A stretch of DNA of 60,705 bases from Clostridia bacterium (GCA_016287155.1 JAEEWC010000156.1:1-60705), one strand, 5' to 3'; numbered from the stretch's first letter, positions 50,944-60,479 are shown. Notes: generated from the sequence alone by a model not told the origin. Translations and numbers: made by a program.

Positions 50944-52137
50944 CTATCGCTTCTTATCAAAAGATTTTTCATACAAATCAATGCGATTAAACATTTCTTT
51001 CTTCACGATAGCAATCAATTCTTCTTGGATATAATTCTGCTCATCAAACGAAAAAGATTTTAAATATTCACAACCCTTTAGTCGTTCTATTGTTTCTTTT
51101 ATGATTGCGAACTGCATACCTGGTTGCAAAAATATATACTTTTCTTCATATAAATTCTTTTGATTCTTTACTTGAACTTTTGCAAGAGTATGTAAAGCAC
51201 ATAAATCATAAATTATTTTATTTTCAACTTCAGTTGAATATTGGCATTCACAATGCTTTTTTTCGCCAAACAATTTATTGATTGCCTCACGAATTATTCC
51301 CCAATTAATTTGGTCGTTAGACGAATTAAGTTTCTCTTCGATAACTTCATTCAAAAGTTCACAACTAACCTTTTCTATGACACTTATGATGGCATCTTCT
51401 AAATCTTCTTCTTTTATCTCTTTAATGACATACCAATGCACTCCATAATTTTGTTTCTTTAATGAATTTTGGAGGTTCTTACATATAGCCATTTTTATAT
51501 ACTCTTTAGTAGATTTGTACGAATAAAAAGCTAAGTAGTCTTTATCATAATCTGGATTACTGCAATCCATGAGTTCATTTTCCATTGTTCCTCCATATTC
51601 GATATATTCATCTTTATCGTATATGCCGAATACACTGCAAAACTCTTTATATGAAATATAATTAGTATGTAGCAACACACATCTATCATATAGTTCATCA
51701 CATCTAGCAATTTCTATTTCTAAGGAATCATCACCCGTTATGACTATTTTTATTCCCATTGCACAATATATGTCTGACAGCATAGCTGCATGACTTATAA
51801 AATCTTCTACTAAAGTAATATCATCTATCAAGATGTTTTGAATCCCTCTACCCTTCAATTCGCGAACATCAGCAATTAAATCACTCATAGTATCTTTATT
51901 TGACAACTTAATAAAAGCAGTTTTTGTAAGGTCTAAATACTGTAGCATCTGCAACATCATTGTTGATTTGCCAGTCTTCTTCAATCCATACAATGCACAC
52001 AATCTTGGCCCAAAATCTTCTTCAAAATAATTACGCAAATACTTTAAAATGTATCTATTTCCATACATCGATACACTTTTACTTAGATTGAATAAACTAT
52101 CTCCTATTTGTACATTCGTATGAAATATGTATCCCAA
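50944..52137 (-). CDS. AAA-type ATPase of the COG1373 kind (AAA_14 N-domain with a DUF4143-like C-domain). TTG start.
   Basis: Walker A GLKKTGKST, Walker B NILIDDITLV. The overall layout (about 400 aa, P-loop near residue 55) matches the recalled COG1373 family. No search was run. Confidence 0.55.
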   Translation of the reverse strand: MGYIFHTNVQIGDSLFNLSKSVSMYGNRYILKYLRNYFEEDFGPRLCALYGLKKTGKSTMMLQMLQYLDLTKTAFIKLSNKDTMSDLIADVRELKGRGIQNILIDDITLVEDFISHAAMLSDIYCAMGIKIVITGDDSLEIEIARCDELYDRCVLLHTNYISYKEFCSVFGIYDKDEYIEYGGTMENELMDCSNPDYDKDYLAFYSYKSTKEYIKMAICKNLQNSLKKQNYGVHWYVIKEIKEEDLEDAIISVIEKVSCELLNEVIEEKLNSSNDQINWGIIREAINKLFGEKKHCECQYSTEVENKIIYDLCALHTLAKVQVKNQKNLYEEKYIFLQPGMQFAIIKETIERLKGCEYLKSFSFDEQNYIQEELIAIVKKEMFNRIDLYEKSFDKKR

Positions 52138-52174
52138 GTTTGTTTGACTCCTACAAATATTTATTGTGCTTTAA

Positions 52175-52612
52175 CTATTTAGACAATATTTTTGAAATAA
52201 TATCTGAAATTGCAGATTTAATTTGTTCTGCTGTCTTTAAATAAACTTCTAAACTTTGGCCATATGGATCTGAGATATCTCCCTTCTTAGTAAAATCATC
52301 CATAGAAAATAATTTTTCTTTTGGCACTATATCTTCAAGCGCTCTCTTGTGAGATGCAGTCATACATATGATGTAATCAAAAGTATCAATATCCTCTTTT
52401 GTTAGAGGTTTTGATTCATGAGAAAATTCAATATCATAATGCTCAAGAGCCTTTTTTGAATACTCTGAAATTGGAGCGCCCTCTTCGCAATAAAGACCTG
52501 CGCTATCTACCTCAACGTCATCGACGTTGTATTTTGCTAACATATCTAGCATAAAAGCGTGAGCCATAGGAGATCTACAAGTATTACCGGTACATACGAA
52601 CATTATCTTCAT
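52175..52612 (-). CDS. Low-molecular-weight protein phosphatase (YwlE-like Arg/Tyr phosphatase)
   Basis: MKIMFVCTGNTCRSPMA (CX5R-S P-loop) and DPYG near the C-terminus. Confidence 0.9.
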   Translation of the reverse strand: MKIMFVCTGNTCRSPMAHAFMLDMLAKYNVDDVEVDSAGLYCEEGAPISEYSKKALEHYDIEFSHESKPLTKEDIDTFDYIICMTASHKRALEDIVPKEKLFSMDDFTKKGDISDPYGQSLEVYLKTAEQIKSAISDIISKILSK

Positions 52613-53613
52613 ACTCTAACTCCTCCAGCTGCTTTATTTACTCTATTCATAACAGATGCGTTCTTACCATCCATACCAAAGTCTTGGCAAATAATATAAT
52701 CGGCGATTCTTTGTCCTTCGTGCATTGAAGCAAAGATGTTTCTCATTGTTTCATCGGCATTTAATCCAACGTCAATATAACGCTCGCCATTTAGCTTTTT
52801 AATAATATCATCTCTTGCAATAATAATTGGGTTAAAGCCTTTGGCTTTCTTATCCGCATATTCTTTTATCATAGACTCAAAAGTCTCTGCAATTACCATT
52901 GGGCATAGGGGTGCGTAATGCTTATATTTCATCCCTGGAGCTTTAGCAACAGTAACCTTGCCTTTAAATGATTCACAAGCGCCCAAAACTGAAGCTATCA
53001 TCTCTTGCGTAATACCGCCTGGACGCAAGATTGTTGGAATATCTTGAGTCATATCAATAATTGTAGATTCAATACCAACTTCTGATGCCCCACCTTGGAT
53101 AATTAGAGGCACTCTACCTTGCATATCCTCATATACATCTTCTGCGTTTGTTGGAGAAATATGTGTAGATACATTTGCAGATGGAGCTGCAATTGGACAA
53201 TTACATGCCTTTAAAAAGGCATTAGCAATAGGATGAGATGGCATTCTAATGCCAACTGTATCCAATCCTCCTGTTACTTCTTTTGGGATTGATGGAGCCT
53301 TAGGCATGATGATTGTAATTGGCCCTGGCATAAATGTATCTATTAAAGTTTTTGCATTTTGAGTAATCTCAGAAACAAGTGATGGAATTTGATCTTTTGA
53401 ATAGATGTGAACAATTAAAGGATTGTCACTTGGTCTTCCCTTTGCTTCATAGATTTTCTTTACGGCATTAACATCAAAGGCATTAGCGCCTAATCCATAT
53501 ACAGTTTCCGTAGGAAAAACTACTACTTCTCCTTTATTTATTAACTGAGCTCCTAGCTCTATTGCTTGTTGTCCTTCTAATAATTTTGTTTCCATCGATA
53601 TAATTTTACTCAT
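52609..53613 (-). CDS. tsaC: L-threonylcarbamoyladenylate synthase (Sua5/TsaC long form). Start uncertain: 53631 TTG, 53613 ATG or 53595 ATG.
   Basis: VVVFPTETVYGLGANAF, GRPSDNPLIVH, IAAPSAN, LRPG, plus the C-terminal Sua5 domain. Confidence 0.9.
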   Translation of the reverse strand: MSKIISMETKLLEGQQAIELGAQLINKGEVVVFPTETVYGLGANAFDVNAVKKIYEAKGRPSDNPLIVHIYSKDQIPSLVSEITQNAKTLIDTFMPGPITIIMPKAPSIPKEVTGGLDTVGIRMPSHPIANAFLKACNCPIAAPSANVSTHISPTNAEDVYEDMQGRVPLIIQGGASEVGIESTIIDMTQDIPTILRPGGITQEMIASVLGACESFKGKVTVAKAPGMKYKHYAPLCPMVIAETFESMIKEYADKKAKGFNPIIIARDDIIKKLNGERYIDVGLNADETMRNIFASMHEGQRIADYIICQDFGMDGKNASVMNRVNKAAGGVRV

Positions 53614-53707
53614 ATTGAGTGAATAAAGCAACCACGCGAAAATAGCAATATTTACGCTTATTTAATTTTATGTTAAAATTATTGATGTTAAGTGAAATGG
53701 GGAAATT

Positions 53708-54871
53708 ATGGCGAATACTGAATTACAAGGACAAGAATTAGAACAAAATTCTTCTTCTATTCTAGAGGAAGTTTTTTACGACGTGCAAAAACACCTTCAC
53801 ATTGTAGGCAAATCGGAAAAGCCTACATTACCAAAATTTATTGCAATCAACAAATTACCTAGCATTGAATTATTCAAGGATTCACTTGACGAAGAACTTG
53901 CCGAGCCGGATTTAACTCAAGAAGATAGAGATAGAATTGCAGCCGAAGAAGCTAAAAAGATTCAAGAGGAAGAAGAAAGACAAAAAGCCGAGGAAGAAGC
54001 CCGTCTAAAGGCTGAAGAAGAGGCTCGTTTGAAGGCTGAGCAAGAAAAACTTGAAGCCGAGCAAAAAGCTAAAGAAGAGGCTGAACGTTTACAAAAAGAG
54101 GAAGAAGAAAGACAACGTGCTGAAGAAGAAGCAAGATTAAAAGCCGAAGAGGAAGCACGCCAAAAAGAAGAACAAGAACGTTTAGAAGCTGAAGCTCGTC
54201 AAAAGGAAGAGGAAGAAAGACTAGAACAAGAGAGATTGCGAAAAGAGGAAGAAGAAAAAGCTAAAGTCCCTACTCCACAAGCTCAAACAATTTCAGTCAT
54301 TTCATTTGAAACACTAAAGGGTAAGAAAAAACCTATCGCTAAAAAATCTATAATGCAAGGTGGTGGTATCTCTGCTGCTATCATGGCACAAGCTCAACAA
54401 AAGGAAGAACTTGATGCTATAAAGAGAGAGGATGCAAGAGAAAAAGCTGCTATCCGTCGTGAAGAACAACTAAAAGAGGAAGAAGAAAGGTTAAAGAACG
54501 CTATTCTAATTGGAAATACGAAAAAGGCATCTCCAGAACTTGGTAAGTTCGAAATTGCAAAATCTGATGATCCTCTAAAACCATATAAGTTCGTTCTAAA
54601 AACTGAACAAGGAAAAGTTGTTTACGAAACTGCCCCACTAAGAACAAAACCAAATGAATTAACAGCCGTTATGTTTAAAGACATCATGGCTAATGGTTCA
54701 TTCTCATTTATAAAGACACTTCAAGGATATAACTTTAGAATTTTAGATGCTCGTCAAAGAATTTTCTGCACATCAAAAGCGTTTAGAACATCTCTTGATG
54801 CACAAAAAGCAGCCGCACTTGTTAAAAAGTACGGCCTAAGTGCAAATTATATTGACGATACAACTATTTAG
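53708..54871 (+). CDS. Protein with a long E/K/R/A-rich repeat region and two C-terminal YegP/DUF1508-like repeats
   Basis: Residues about 75-190 are reiterated EEEARLKAEEEAR(L/Q)K... units. The C-terminus has GKFEIAKSDDPLKPYKFVLKTEQGKVVYETAPL and GYNFRILDARQRIFCTSKAFRTSLDAQKAAALVKKYG (DUF1508 pattern F.f.L.a.nG.vi..S..Y.s...a). Confidence 0.55.
   Translation: MANTELQGQELEQNSSSILEEVFYDVQKHLHIVGKSEKPTLPKFIAINKLPSIELFKDSLDEELAEPDLTQEDRDRIAAEEAKKIQEEEERQKAEEEARLKAEEEARLKAEQEKLEAEQKAKEEAERLQKEEEERQRAEEEARLKAEEEARQKEEQERLEAEARQKEEEERLEQERLRKEEEEKAKVPTPQAQTISVISFETLKGKKKPIAKKSIMQGGGISAAIMAQAQQKEELDAIKREDAREKAAIRREEQLKEEEERLKNAILIGNTKKASPELGKFEIAKSDDPLKPYKFVLKTEQGKVVYETAPLRTKPNELTAVMFKDIMANGSFSFIKTLQGYNFRILDARQRIFCTSKAFRTSLDAQKAAALVKKYGLSANYIDDTTI
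54836..54870. repeat. 35-bp direct repeat, copy 1 (the last 11 codons of the 53708..54871 gene)
   Basis: CTAAGTGCAAATTATATTGACGATACAACTATTTA. It matches copy 2 at 34 of 35 positions (mismatch at 54863). Confidence 0.9.
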
Positions 54872-54880
54872 TATTTTCTT

Positions 54881-55288
54881 TTAGAATGCAATATCTTTCT
54901 CAAATACAAAATCATTCCCTTGATATATAAAATGGCTTCTAATTCTTGCTTTATAGTGACCTTTTGCATCAATAGTTTTTCTTTGAGTTTTTGTAATCCA
55001 TAAATACTCTATTCGTCTTATTTGAGACTCTTCCTTACTAAACGACTCGTTCTCTTCTACTACATCAATCGTTATCAAATTTACGCATTCAATTCTTAGG
55101 GCATGTCCAGTCTTGTTTTTAAGCTTTGCTACAATAATCGTCTCCTCTTCATCCGAATATATAGAGTAGTCTAAATCGAAGTTATCTACATCTATCTTCT
55201 TTGGCTGATAAAATACAAAACCTAATATTGAAAGAATCAATATCAATATTATTAATACAACCGCACAAACAACACCTGTTTTATTCAT
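54881..55288 (-). CDS. Hypothetical N-terminally membrane-anchored protein carried on the 536-bp repeat-flanked segment
   Basis: 135 aa. TM helix VVCAVVLIILILILSILGFVF. No recognisable domain. Confidence 0.45.
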   Translation of the reverse strand: MNKTGVVCAVVLIILILILSILGFVFYQPKKIDVDNFDLDYSIYSDEEETIIVAKLKNKTGHALRIECVNLITIDVVEENESFSKEESQIRRIEYLWITKTQRKTIDAKGHYKARIRSHFIYQGNDFVFEKDIAF

Positions 55289-55371
55289 TATACCCTTCTG
55301 TCTAAATCACAATTCATCATAATCTATGCTCTAAGGAATCTGTCTGCTTAATTATTTTTATACTCATTACA

Positions 55372-55406
55372 CTAAGTGCAAATTATATTGACGATACACC
55401 TATTTA
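55372..55406. repeat. 35-bp direct repeat, copy 2
   Basis: CTAAGTGCAAATTATATTGACGATACACCTATTTA. Its last 3 nt form the stop codon (complement) of the convergent lipoprotein gene. Confidence 0.9.
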
Positions 55407-56003
55407 ATTAGTGGTTCTACTTGGTAGTACAGGATATCTTGTTGTTGTCGGATAAGTTTTACATGGACATTCAATCTTAATATTACCAACCTCAAAACAC
55501 ATGTGACATTGCGATTTATAATAATATGTTGAATAATAATAATAGCCAGCTGTGGTCATAGTATTTTTTATAGTTTCTGCATCAGAAATAACATTTAATC
55601 CATATATAGCAACATCTTCATCTGTAATTATTATGGAATTGCATCCATACTTATCCCCAACTGCAACAAAATGGTATTTCACATATGGTAAATTTAGATT
55701 ACCCGCTAGGTCTCTATCGAAGCAATCAAACTCAACTGTTGCTAAAGTTGTACTCGATTTTTTTATGCTCTCGGGATCAACAATTAAACCTTTTGCTTTA
55801 ATCTCGTCCACCGTATATCTTTCTGTAACCCATACTATCAAATTTGTATTTTCTGGTTTATCTACAAAATAATCTTTAGTATTAGATGAACCATAATAGT
55901 CACCAATGTTGGTTATAGGATCATCGATTTTTTCACAACCGATTAGTGCAACTAATATGCATACAAACAATATGATTAAAAATAAATAGCTAGTCTTTTT
56001 CAT
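55404..56003 (-). CDS. Hypothetical lipoprotein
   Basis: I prefer the start MKKTSYLF at 56003 (AGGGGA RBS). Lipobox LVALIGC|E. Confidence 0.55.
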   Translation of the reverse strand: MKKTSYLFLIILFVCILVALIGCEKIDDPITNIGDYYGSSNTKDYFVDKPENTNLIVWVTERYTVDEIKAKGLIVDPESIKKSSTTLATVEFDCFDRDLAGNLNLPYVKYHFVAVGDKYGCNSIIITDEDVAIYGLNVISDAETIKNTMTTAGYYYYSTYYYKSQCHMCFEVGNIKIECPCKTYPTTTRYPVLPSRTTN

Positions 56004-56069
56004 ACTTCCCCTTGCATATTTATTATACAAAGGTAAAAATTAACTTACGCTTAAACAATTTATTGCATT

Positions 56070-56091
56070 AAAAAAGGGCTCTGCTGAGCCC
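56070..56091 (-). terminator. Rho-independent terminator after manA
   Basis: Minus strand: GGGCTC-AGCA-GAGCCC (56091-56076) + T6 (56075-56070). It lies 6 nt after the manA stop. Confidence 0.8.
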
Positions 56092-56097
56092 TCATCT

Positions 56098-57042
56098 TTA
56101 TACTCTTGCTTCTATTATTGTCATCTTGCCTTTTAGCGTGTAGTTATAATTTGCTGGAATAAAGCAAGTATCTCCTAAAGCTAGATTTTCTTTATTACCA
56201 TCAACAATAACTTCACCACATCCATCAACAACTGTAATTGATGCAAATGAATCGCCATTTACTTCAACATCAAGCGTGCCATCAACCTTGATTTCTGTTG
56301 TTGTGAAATATTTGCAAGAAGCTAAAAGCTTCTTGTTAGCATCTAATTGTTTAACTTCTTCATTTACAATACCAACTCTTTGAGGATCAATTACCTTTAA
56401 AGACTTTTCGATATGAAGTTCTCTCTTATTGCCCTTAGCATCAACTCTATCATAATCATATAGTCTATATGTTAATGAAGAATTTTGTTGAACTTCGCAA
56501 ATTAATAATCCGCCACAAATAGCATGCACTGTACCTGATGGGATATAGATGCAATCGCCCTTTTTAACTTCAACGAAGTTAAGGATATCCATAATTCTAT
56601 TTTCTTTAATTGCTTGAGCTACTTCATCAATTGAATATTTTTCTTTAAAGCCGCAATATACGCCGCCACCTTCTTTTACATCAACAATGTACCACATTTC
56701 TGTTTTACCGAATTGACCTTCGTTTGCTAAAGCGTATTCATCTGAAGGATGGACTTGTATAGACAAATTTGTCTTTGCATCGATTAATTTTATTAAAATA
56801 GGAAAGAATTTGAAATTTAGAGCCTTCTTGCCCTTTAAATCAGGCATTTTATCTAATAAATCACTTAGACTCATTCCTTTATATTCACCATTAGCAATAA
56901 TTGATGGTCCTTCTTTATGACAAGAAAGTTCCCAGCTTTCTGCTATGATATCTTTATCTGTCTTTTTGTTCCATTTTGTCTTTAGAGAATCGCCACCCCA
57001 AATAAAATCTTTTGTGGCTGGAATTAATTTTAATGCGTACAT
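56098..57042 (-). CDS. manA: Mannose-6-phosphate isomerase, class I
   Basis: IWGG, ESWE, LSIQVHPSDEYA, KTEMWY, PSGTVHAICGG, YRLYDYDR. Confidence 0.92.
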   Translation of the reverse strand: MYALKLIPATKDFIWGGDSLKTKWNKKTDKDIIAESWELSCHKEGPSIIANGEYKGMSLSDLLDKMPDLKGKKALNFKFFPILIKLIDAKTNLSIQVHPSDEYALANEGQFGKTEMWYIVDVKEGGGVYCGFKEKYSIDEVAQAIKENRIMDILNFVEVKKGDCIYIPSGTVHAICGGLLICEVQQNSSLTYRLYDYDRVDAKGNKRELHIEKSLKVIDPQRVGIVNEEVKQLDANKKLLASCKYFTTTEIKVDGTLDVEVNGDSFASITVVDGCGEVIVDGNKENLALGDTCFIPANYNYTLKGKMTIIEARV

Positions 57043-57046
57043 ATTT

Positions 57047-58777
57047 CTACCTCTTTGGCATTGTAATTATAAATTCAGTGCCTTTACCTAAATCACTTTC
57101 GATTTCGATTGTGCCTTTGTGATCTTGAACTACTTGTTTAACAATAGCAAGTCCAAGTCCTGTTGAAGATTCATCGCCAACGCTTACTCTCGCTTCGTCT
57201 ACTCTGTAGAATCTTTCGAATACCTTTTCTTGGTTTTCTTTAGCAATACCGATACCGTTATCTTTGACACTTAGTATAACACTATCCCCTTTATCCTTGA
57301 TAGTAATTTTAACGTAGCCTTTCTCTTTATTATATTTAATAGCATTTGAAACAAGATTCTTAACAAGCATCATCATTTCTTTGTAGTTACCATATACTTG
57401 GCAATCACCTGTAATTGAGATTTCAATATCATGCTTTTTAGCAATAACTCTCAATTCATCTATTGTTTCTTCGCACAATGTCTTTAAGGAGAATTCTTCT
57501 TTTTCAATTTCTCTTGTTTGAGAGTCCATCTTACTTAATTGAAGCATTTCATCAATTAAAGTCTTCATCTTTATAGCATTCATTTGAATTTCAGTTGAAC
57601 ACTTTGTAATTTGCTTTTCAGTTGGCTTATTCATGGATAAGATTTCTGAATACCCAGCAATAGCAGTTAGAGGTGTCTTTAATTCGTGTGATGCATTTGC
57701 GAAGAATTCTTGTTTTGCTTTTGCGGTCTTTACTTGCTCAGTAATATCTGTAGCAACTAATAGCATATACATATCCAAACCTTCAACTTCTTCTGGGAAG
57801 ATAGTTTGTACATGCAAATATTTGCCATTTACAGTATTTTCAAATACCGTAGGAACGTGGCTCTTTAAAGATTCTTTAAACATTGCATATTCTTGAGCAT
57901 ATTGCTTTTCGAATTCTTTTGTTGGACCTTTTTTAGGATCAATAGTTAAAAGCTCAACAGCTCTTGTATTTGAGAAGATGATTTCACCTTCTTTATCTAG
58001 AGCAATAACGCCTTGCGTTATTGATTCCAATAGTACATTCAAATTGTGCATAGTATCATTAATAGTAGCACCCATCTTATCAATTTCTTCTAGCATCTTA
58101 TCCGCTTGAGAGGCTACTAAATACTTACTAACTTCAGTCTTTTTATATTTACCTTCTCTAATATCGCTCATAATATTTTGAACGGTTGTTAAAGGTTCAA
58201 CGGAAGCTCTTACGTTCAAACGATAGAATACGATAAGCGCAATTGAAACAACAATCCAGAATATTGTTAATGCAACAACGAAAATAATAAATGGCTTTTG
58301 ACCAACTAAAGCAGGTTTTGCAAATCTTACTATTACGAATCCACTCTTATAAACATCTTCAGATATTTGAACCTTTACATAATATGTAAACATTCTTGAA
58401 GAGTTTTGATAAATAATCGCATACTTAGATAAAGTTGCACCATTATCTGCAGTCAATAATGCCTCTGTTTGTGGATCAAAACTTAAATTTCTTTCTTTTA
58501 ATTGTTCAATATCATGAGTATCGCCAATTGCTTCTCCAGATGGGCTAAATACTGTCATACGAATAGAGCTACCTTGCTTATTGGAAATAAGCATATCTAA
58601 TCTCATTAAACTCTCTACTCTAGATACTTGATCGGAAATTGCTTCTGCGAATTCTTTAACTTCTGTTTCTGTATCATTTAAGCTAACAATAGCAAACGAC
58701 CCCACAATTGCGGCCGTTATGATAAACATTGTCACAGACATGACTATTACGATTCTTCTTAAAATCTTATTTCTCAT
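57047..58777 (-). CDS. Sensor histidine kinase (2 TM + PAS-like + HisKA + HATPase_c)
   Basis: H-box FFANASHELKTPLTAI, N-box NLVSNAIKY, G-boxes DNGIGI and GLGLAIVK. Confidence 0.9.
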   Translation of the reverse strand: MRNKILRRIVIVMSVTMFIITAAIVGSFAIVSLNDTETEVKEFAEAISDQVSRVESLMRLDMLISNKQGSSIRMTVFSPSGEAIGDTHDIEQLKERNLSFDPQTEALLTADNGATLSKYAIIYQNSSRMFTYYVKVQISEDVYKSGFVIVRFAKPALVGQKPFIIFVVALTIFWIVVSIALIVFYRLNVRASVEPLTTVQNIMSDIREGKYKKTEVSKYLVASQADKMLEEIDKMGATINDTMHNLNVLLESITQGVIALDKEGEIIFSNTRAVELLTIDPKKGPTKEFEKQYAQEYAMFKESLKSHVPTVFENTVNGKYLHVQTIFPEEVEGLDMYMLLVATDITEQVKTAKAKQEFFANASHELKTPLTAIAGYSEILSMNKPTEKQITKCSTEIQMNAIKMKTLIDEMLQLSKMDSQTREIEKEEFSLKTLCEETIDELRVIAKKHDIEISITGDCQVYGNYKEMMMLVKNLVSNAIKYNKEKGYVKITIKDKGDSVILSVKDNGIGIAKENQEKVFERFYRVDEARVSVGDESSTGLGLAIVKQVVQDHKGTIEIESDLGKGTEFIITMPKR

Positions 58778-59471
58778 CTAAATCAGTTAGAGAAAATTTG
58801 TAACCTACACCTCTAATAGTCTTAATATATGGCATCTTTGTATAAGCGCCAAGTTTAGCTCTTAAAGACTTGATGTGCATATCTAGGGTTCTTGTTTCAC
58901 CTACGAAATCATAACCCCAAACTTCTTTTAGAATAACTTCTCTTGGGATAACTATATCAATTCTTGAAATTAATAATTTCAATAAATTATATTCTTTTAA
59001 TGTAATAACAACTGGTTGATTATTAACAGTTACGATATGTTCTGAATCGTTAATTGCGATTTCACCTGCACGTAAAGATGATGAATCAGACTTTCTGTAA
59101 GACACTTTTCTTAGATTAGCTTTAACTCTTGCGATCAATTCAAGCATACCAAATGGCTTAGCAATATAATCGTCAGCACCAACATCAAGACCTCTTACCT
59201 TGCTGTCTTCATCGCCCTTTGCAGATGCAATAATAACTGGGATATCGCTTGTAGCTGTATCTTGCTTTAATTTCTTTAAAGCAGTAATACCATCCATACC
59301 TGGTAACATAATATCCAAAATGATTAAATTTGGTCTATTTTCTTTAATAGCTTGGAACATTTCCTCAGCTCTAACAAAACTTGTACATGTGAATTCATCG
59401 TTGTCAAAGGCCATTTCATATAGGTCTCTGATGCTATTGTCATCTTCTACTACAAATATCGAATACTTCAT
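58767..59471 (-). CDS. OmpR/PhoB-family response regulator
   Basis: Receiver domain DLIILDIMLPGMDG. Winged-helix C-terminus TLDMHIKSLRAKL...IKTIRGVGYKF. Confidence 0.92.
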   Translation of the reverse strand: MKYSIFVVEDDNSIRDLYEMAFDNDEFTCTSFVRAEEMFQAIKENRPNLIILDIMLPGMDGITALKKLKQDTATSDIPVIIASAKGDEDSKVRGLDVGADDYIAKPFGMLELIARVKANLRKVSYRKSDSSSLRAGEIAINDSEHIVTVNNQPVVITLKEYNLLKLLISRIDIVIPREVILKEVWGYDFVGETRTLDMHIKSLRAKLGAYTKMPYIKTIRGVGYKFSLTDLDEK

Positions 59472-59584
59472 AATTCCTTCCTTATTAAAATTTATTTTAA
59501 CACAACGTAAGAATTATGTAAATAAACAAAGTTTATAAGGGACATTTCCTATATAAATATATGTATTATTTATATTTATTTTGT

Positions 59585-60178
59585 CTAAAATCTTTTTAGA
59601 TATTCAATAAAATATTTATCAACCCATGGCTCAACATTAACCAACTTTAAGCCGTCTTTTTTATCTCTATATAAGCATAACTCAATAGAACCAAGTTTAG
59701 AATTATCAAAAATATACAACACATCTGAATAACAAGCCAAATTAAATAGATTATCCATGCTTCTATAATATCTATCAATTATTTTGTCATTTGGAACATC
59801 ATGACCGCCCTCAGATACTCTATGCTCGACACGAGCAATATTTATTGCAGGATCATTTGTGCCTATAAAGACTACTGTTATTTCATAACCACGTTCTTTA
59901 CATTTAGAATAGATATTAAAATACTTATTGGTTGAATTTACCGTCTCAATTATTACATCAGATCCATTTTGAATTAATGAATCCAAATATTTTGAAGTAA
60001 AATCAAATGCAGTTTTATATCGATCAACGATATCTTCAATATCATTAAACAATTTTGCGGCAAACACATCTGGATTTACAAATACATAACTAGTCAACCC
60101 ATGTTGCCTTATAAAATTCTCTGCTGCGGTACTCTTGCCACTTCCATTTGGCCCTGCAAATACAACCAAATGCTTCAT
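59585..60178 (-). CDS. Zeta-toxin/COG4185-type P-loop kinase (putative TA toxin)
   Basis: Walker A FAGPNGSGKST. VEHRVSEGGHDVPNDKIIDRYYRS matches the COG4185/zeta-like motif. The start overlaps the antitoxin stop by 1 nt. Confidence 0.65.
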   Translation of the reverse strand: MKHLVVFAGPNGSGKSTAAENFIRQHGLTSYVFVNPDVFAAKLFNDIEDIVDRYKTAFDFTSKYLDSLIQNGSDVIIETVNSTNKYFNIYSKCKERGYEITVVFIGTNDPAINIARVEHRVSEGGHDVPNDKIIDRYYRSMDNLFNLACYSDVLYIFDNSKLGSIELCLYRDKKDGLKLVNVEPWVDKYFIEYLKRF

Positions 60179-60465
60179 TATTTTTTCATCCTTTCAAGAA
60201 TTTGTTGTCCCTCAGGAGTTAATGTAGCATTTTTAGACAATTGTTTCATTACAGAATTATAGTCTTCAACCACAAAATCTTTTACAAATTGTTGGGCTTT
60301 TTCAAAAGATTGTTCTAATTTCACTTCCTCATTCCTCTGCGACAATTTTTCATTTATTATAACTTCGATATAATTGCTGACTTTTCTATTTTCAGCTTTT
60401 GCTTCTTTTTTCAAAGCATCAAGTAACTCACTATCTAAAGTTATACTAATAGCTGCCTTCCCCAT
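60178..60465 (-). CDS. Ribbon-helix-helix (CopG-like) antitoxin/repressor
   Basis: MGKAAISITLDSELLDALKKEAKAENRKVSNYIEVIINEKL is an RHH beta-alpha-alpha pattern. AAAGGAGG RBS. Confidence 0.65.
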   Translation of the reverse strand: MGKAAISITLDSELLDALKKEAKAENRKVSNYIEVIINEKLSQRNEEVKLEQSFEKAQQFVKDFVVEDYNSVMKQLSKNATLTPEGQQILERMKK

Positions 60466-60479
60466 GCTAGGCCTCCTTT

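Noticed and set aside
53930-54260. Reiterated GAAGAAG/GCTGAAGAAGA DNA repeats that could look like a tandem-repeat or CRISPR-like array
   Set aside because: The repeats are imperfect, in frame and coding (E/K/R/A-rich protein segment). There are no unique spacers of constant length.
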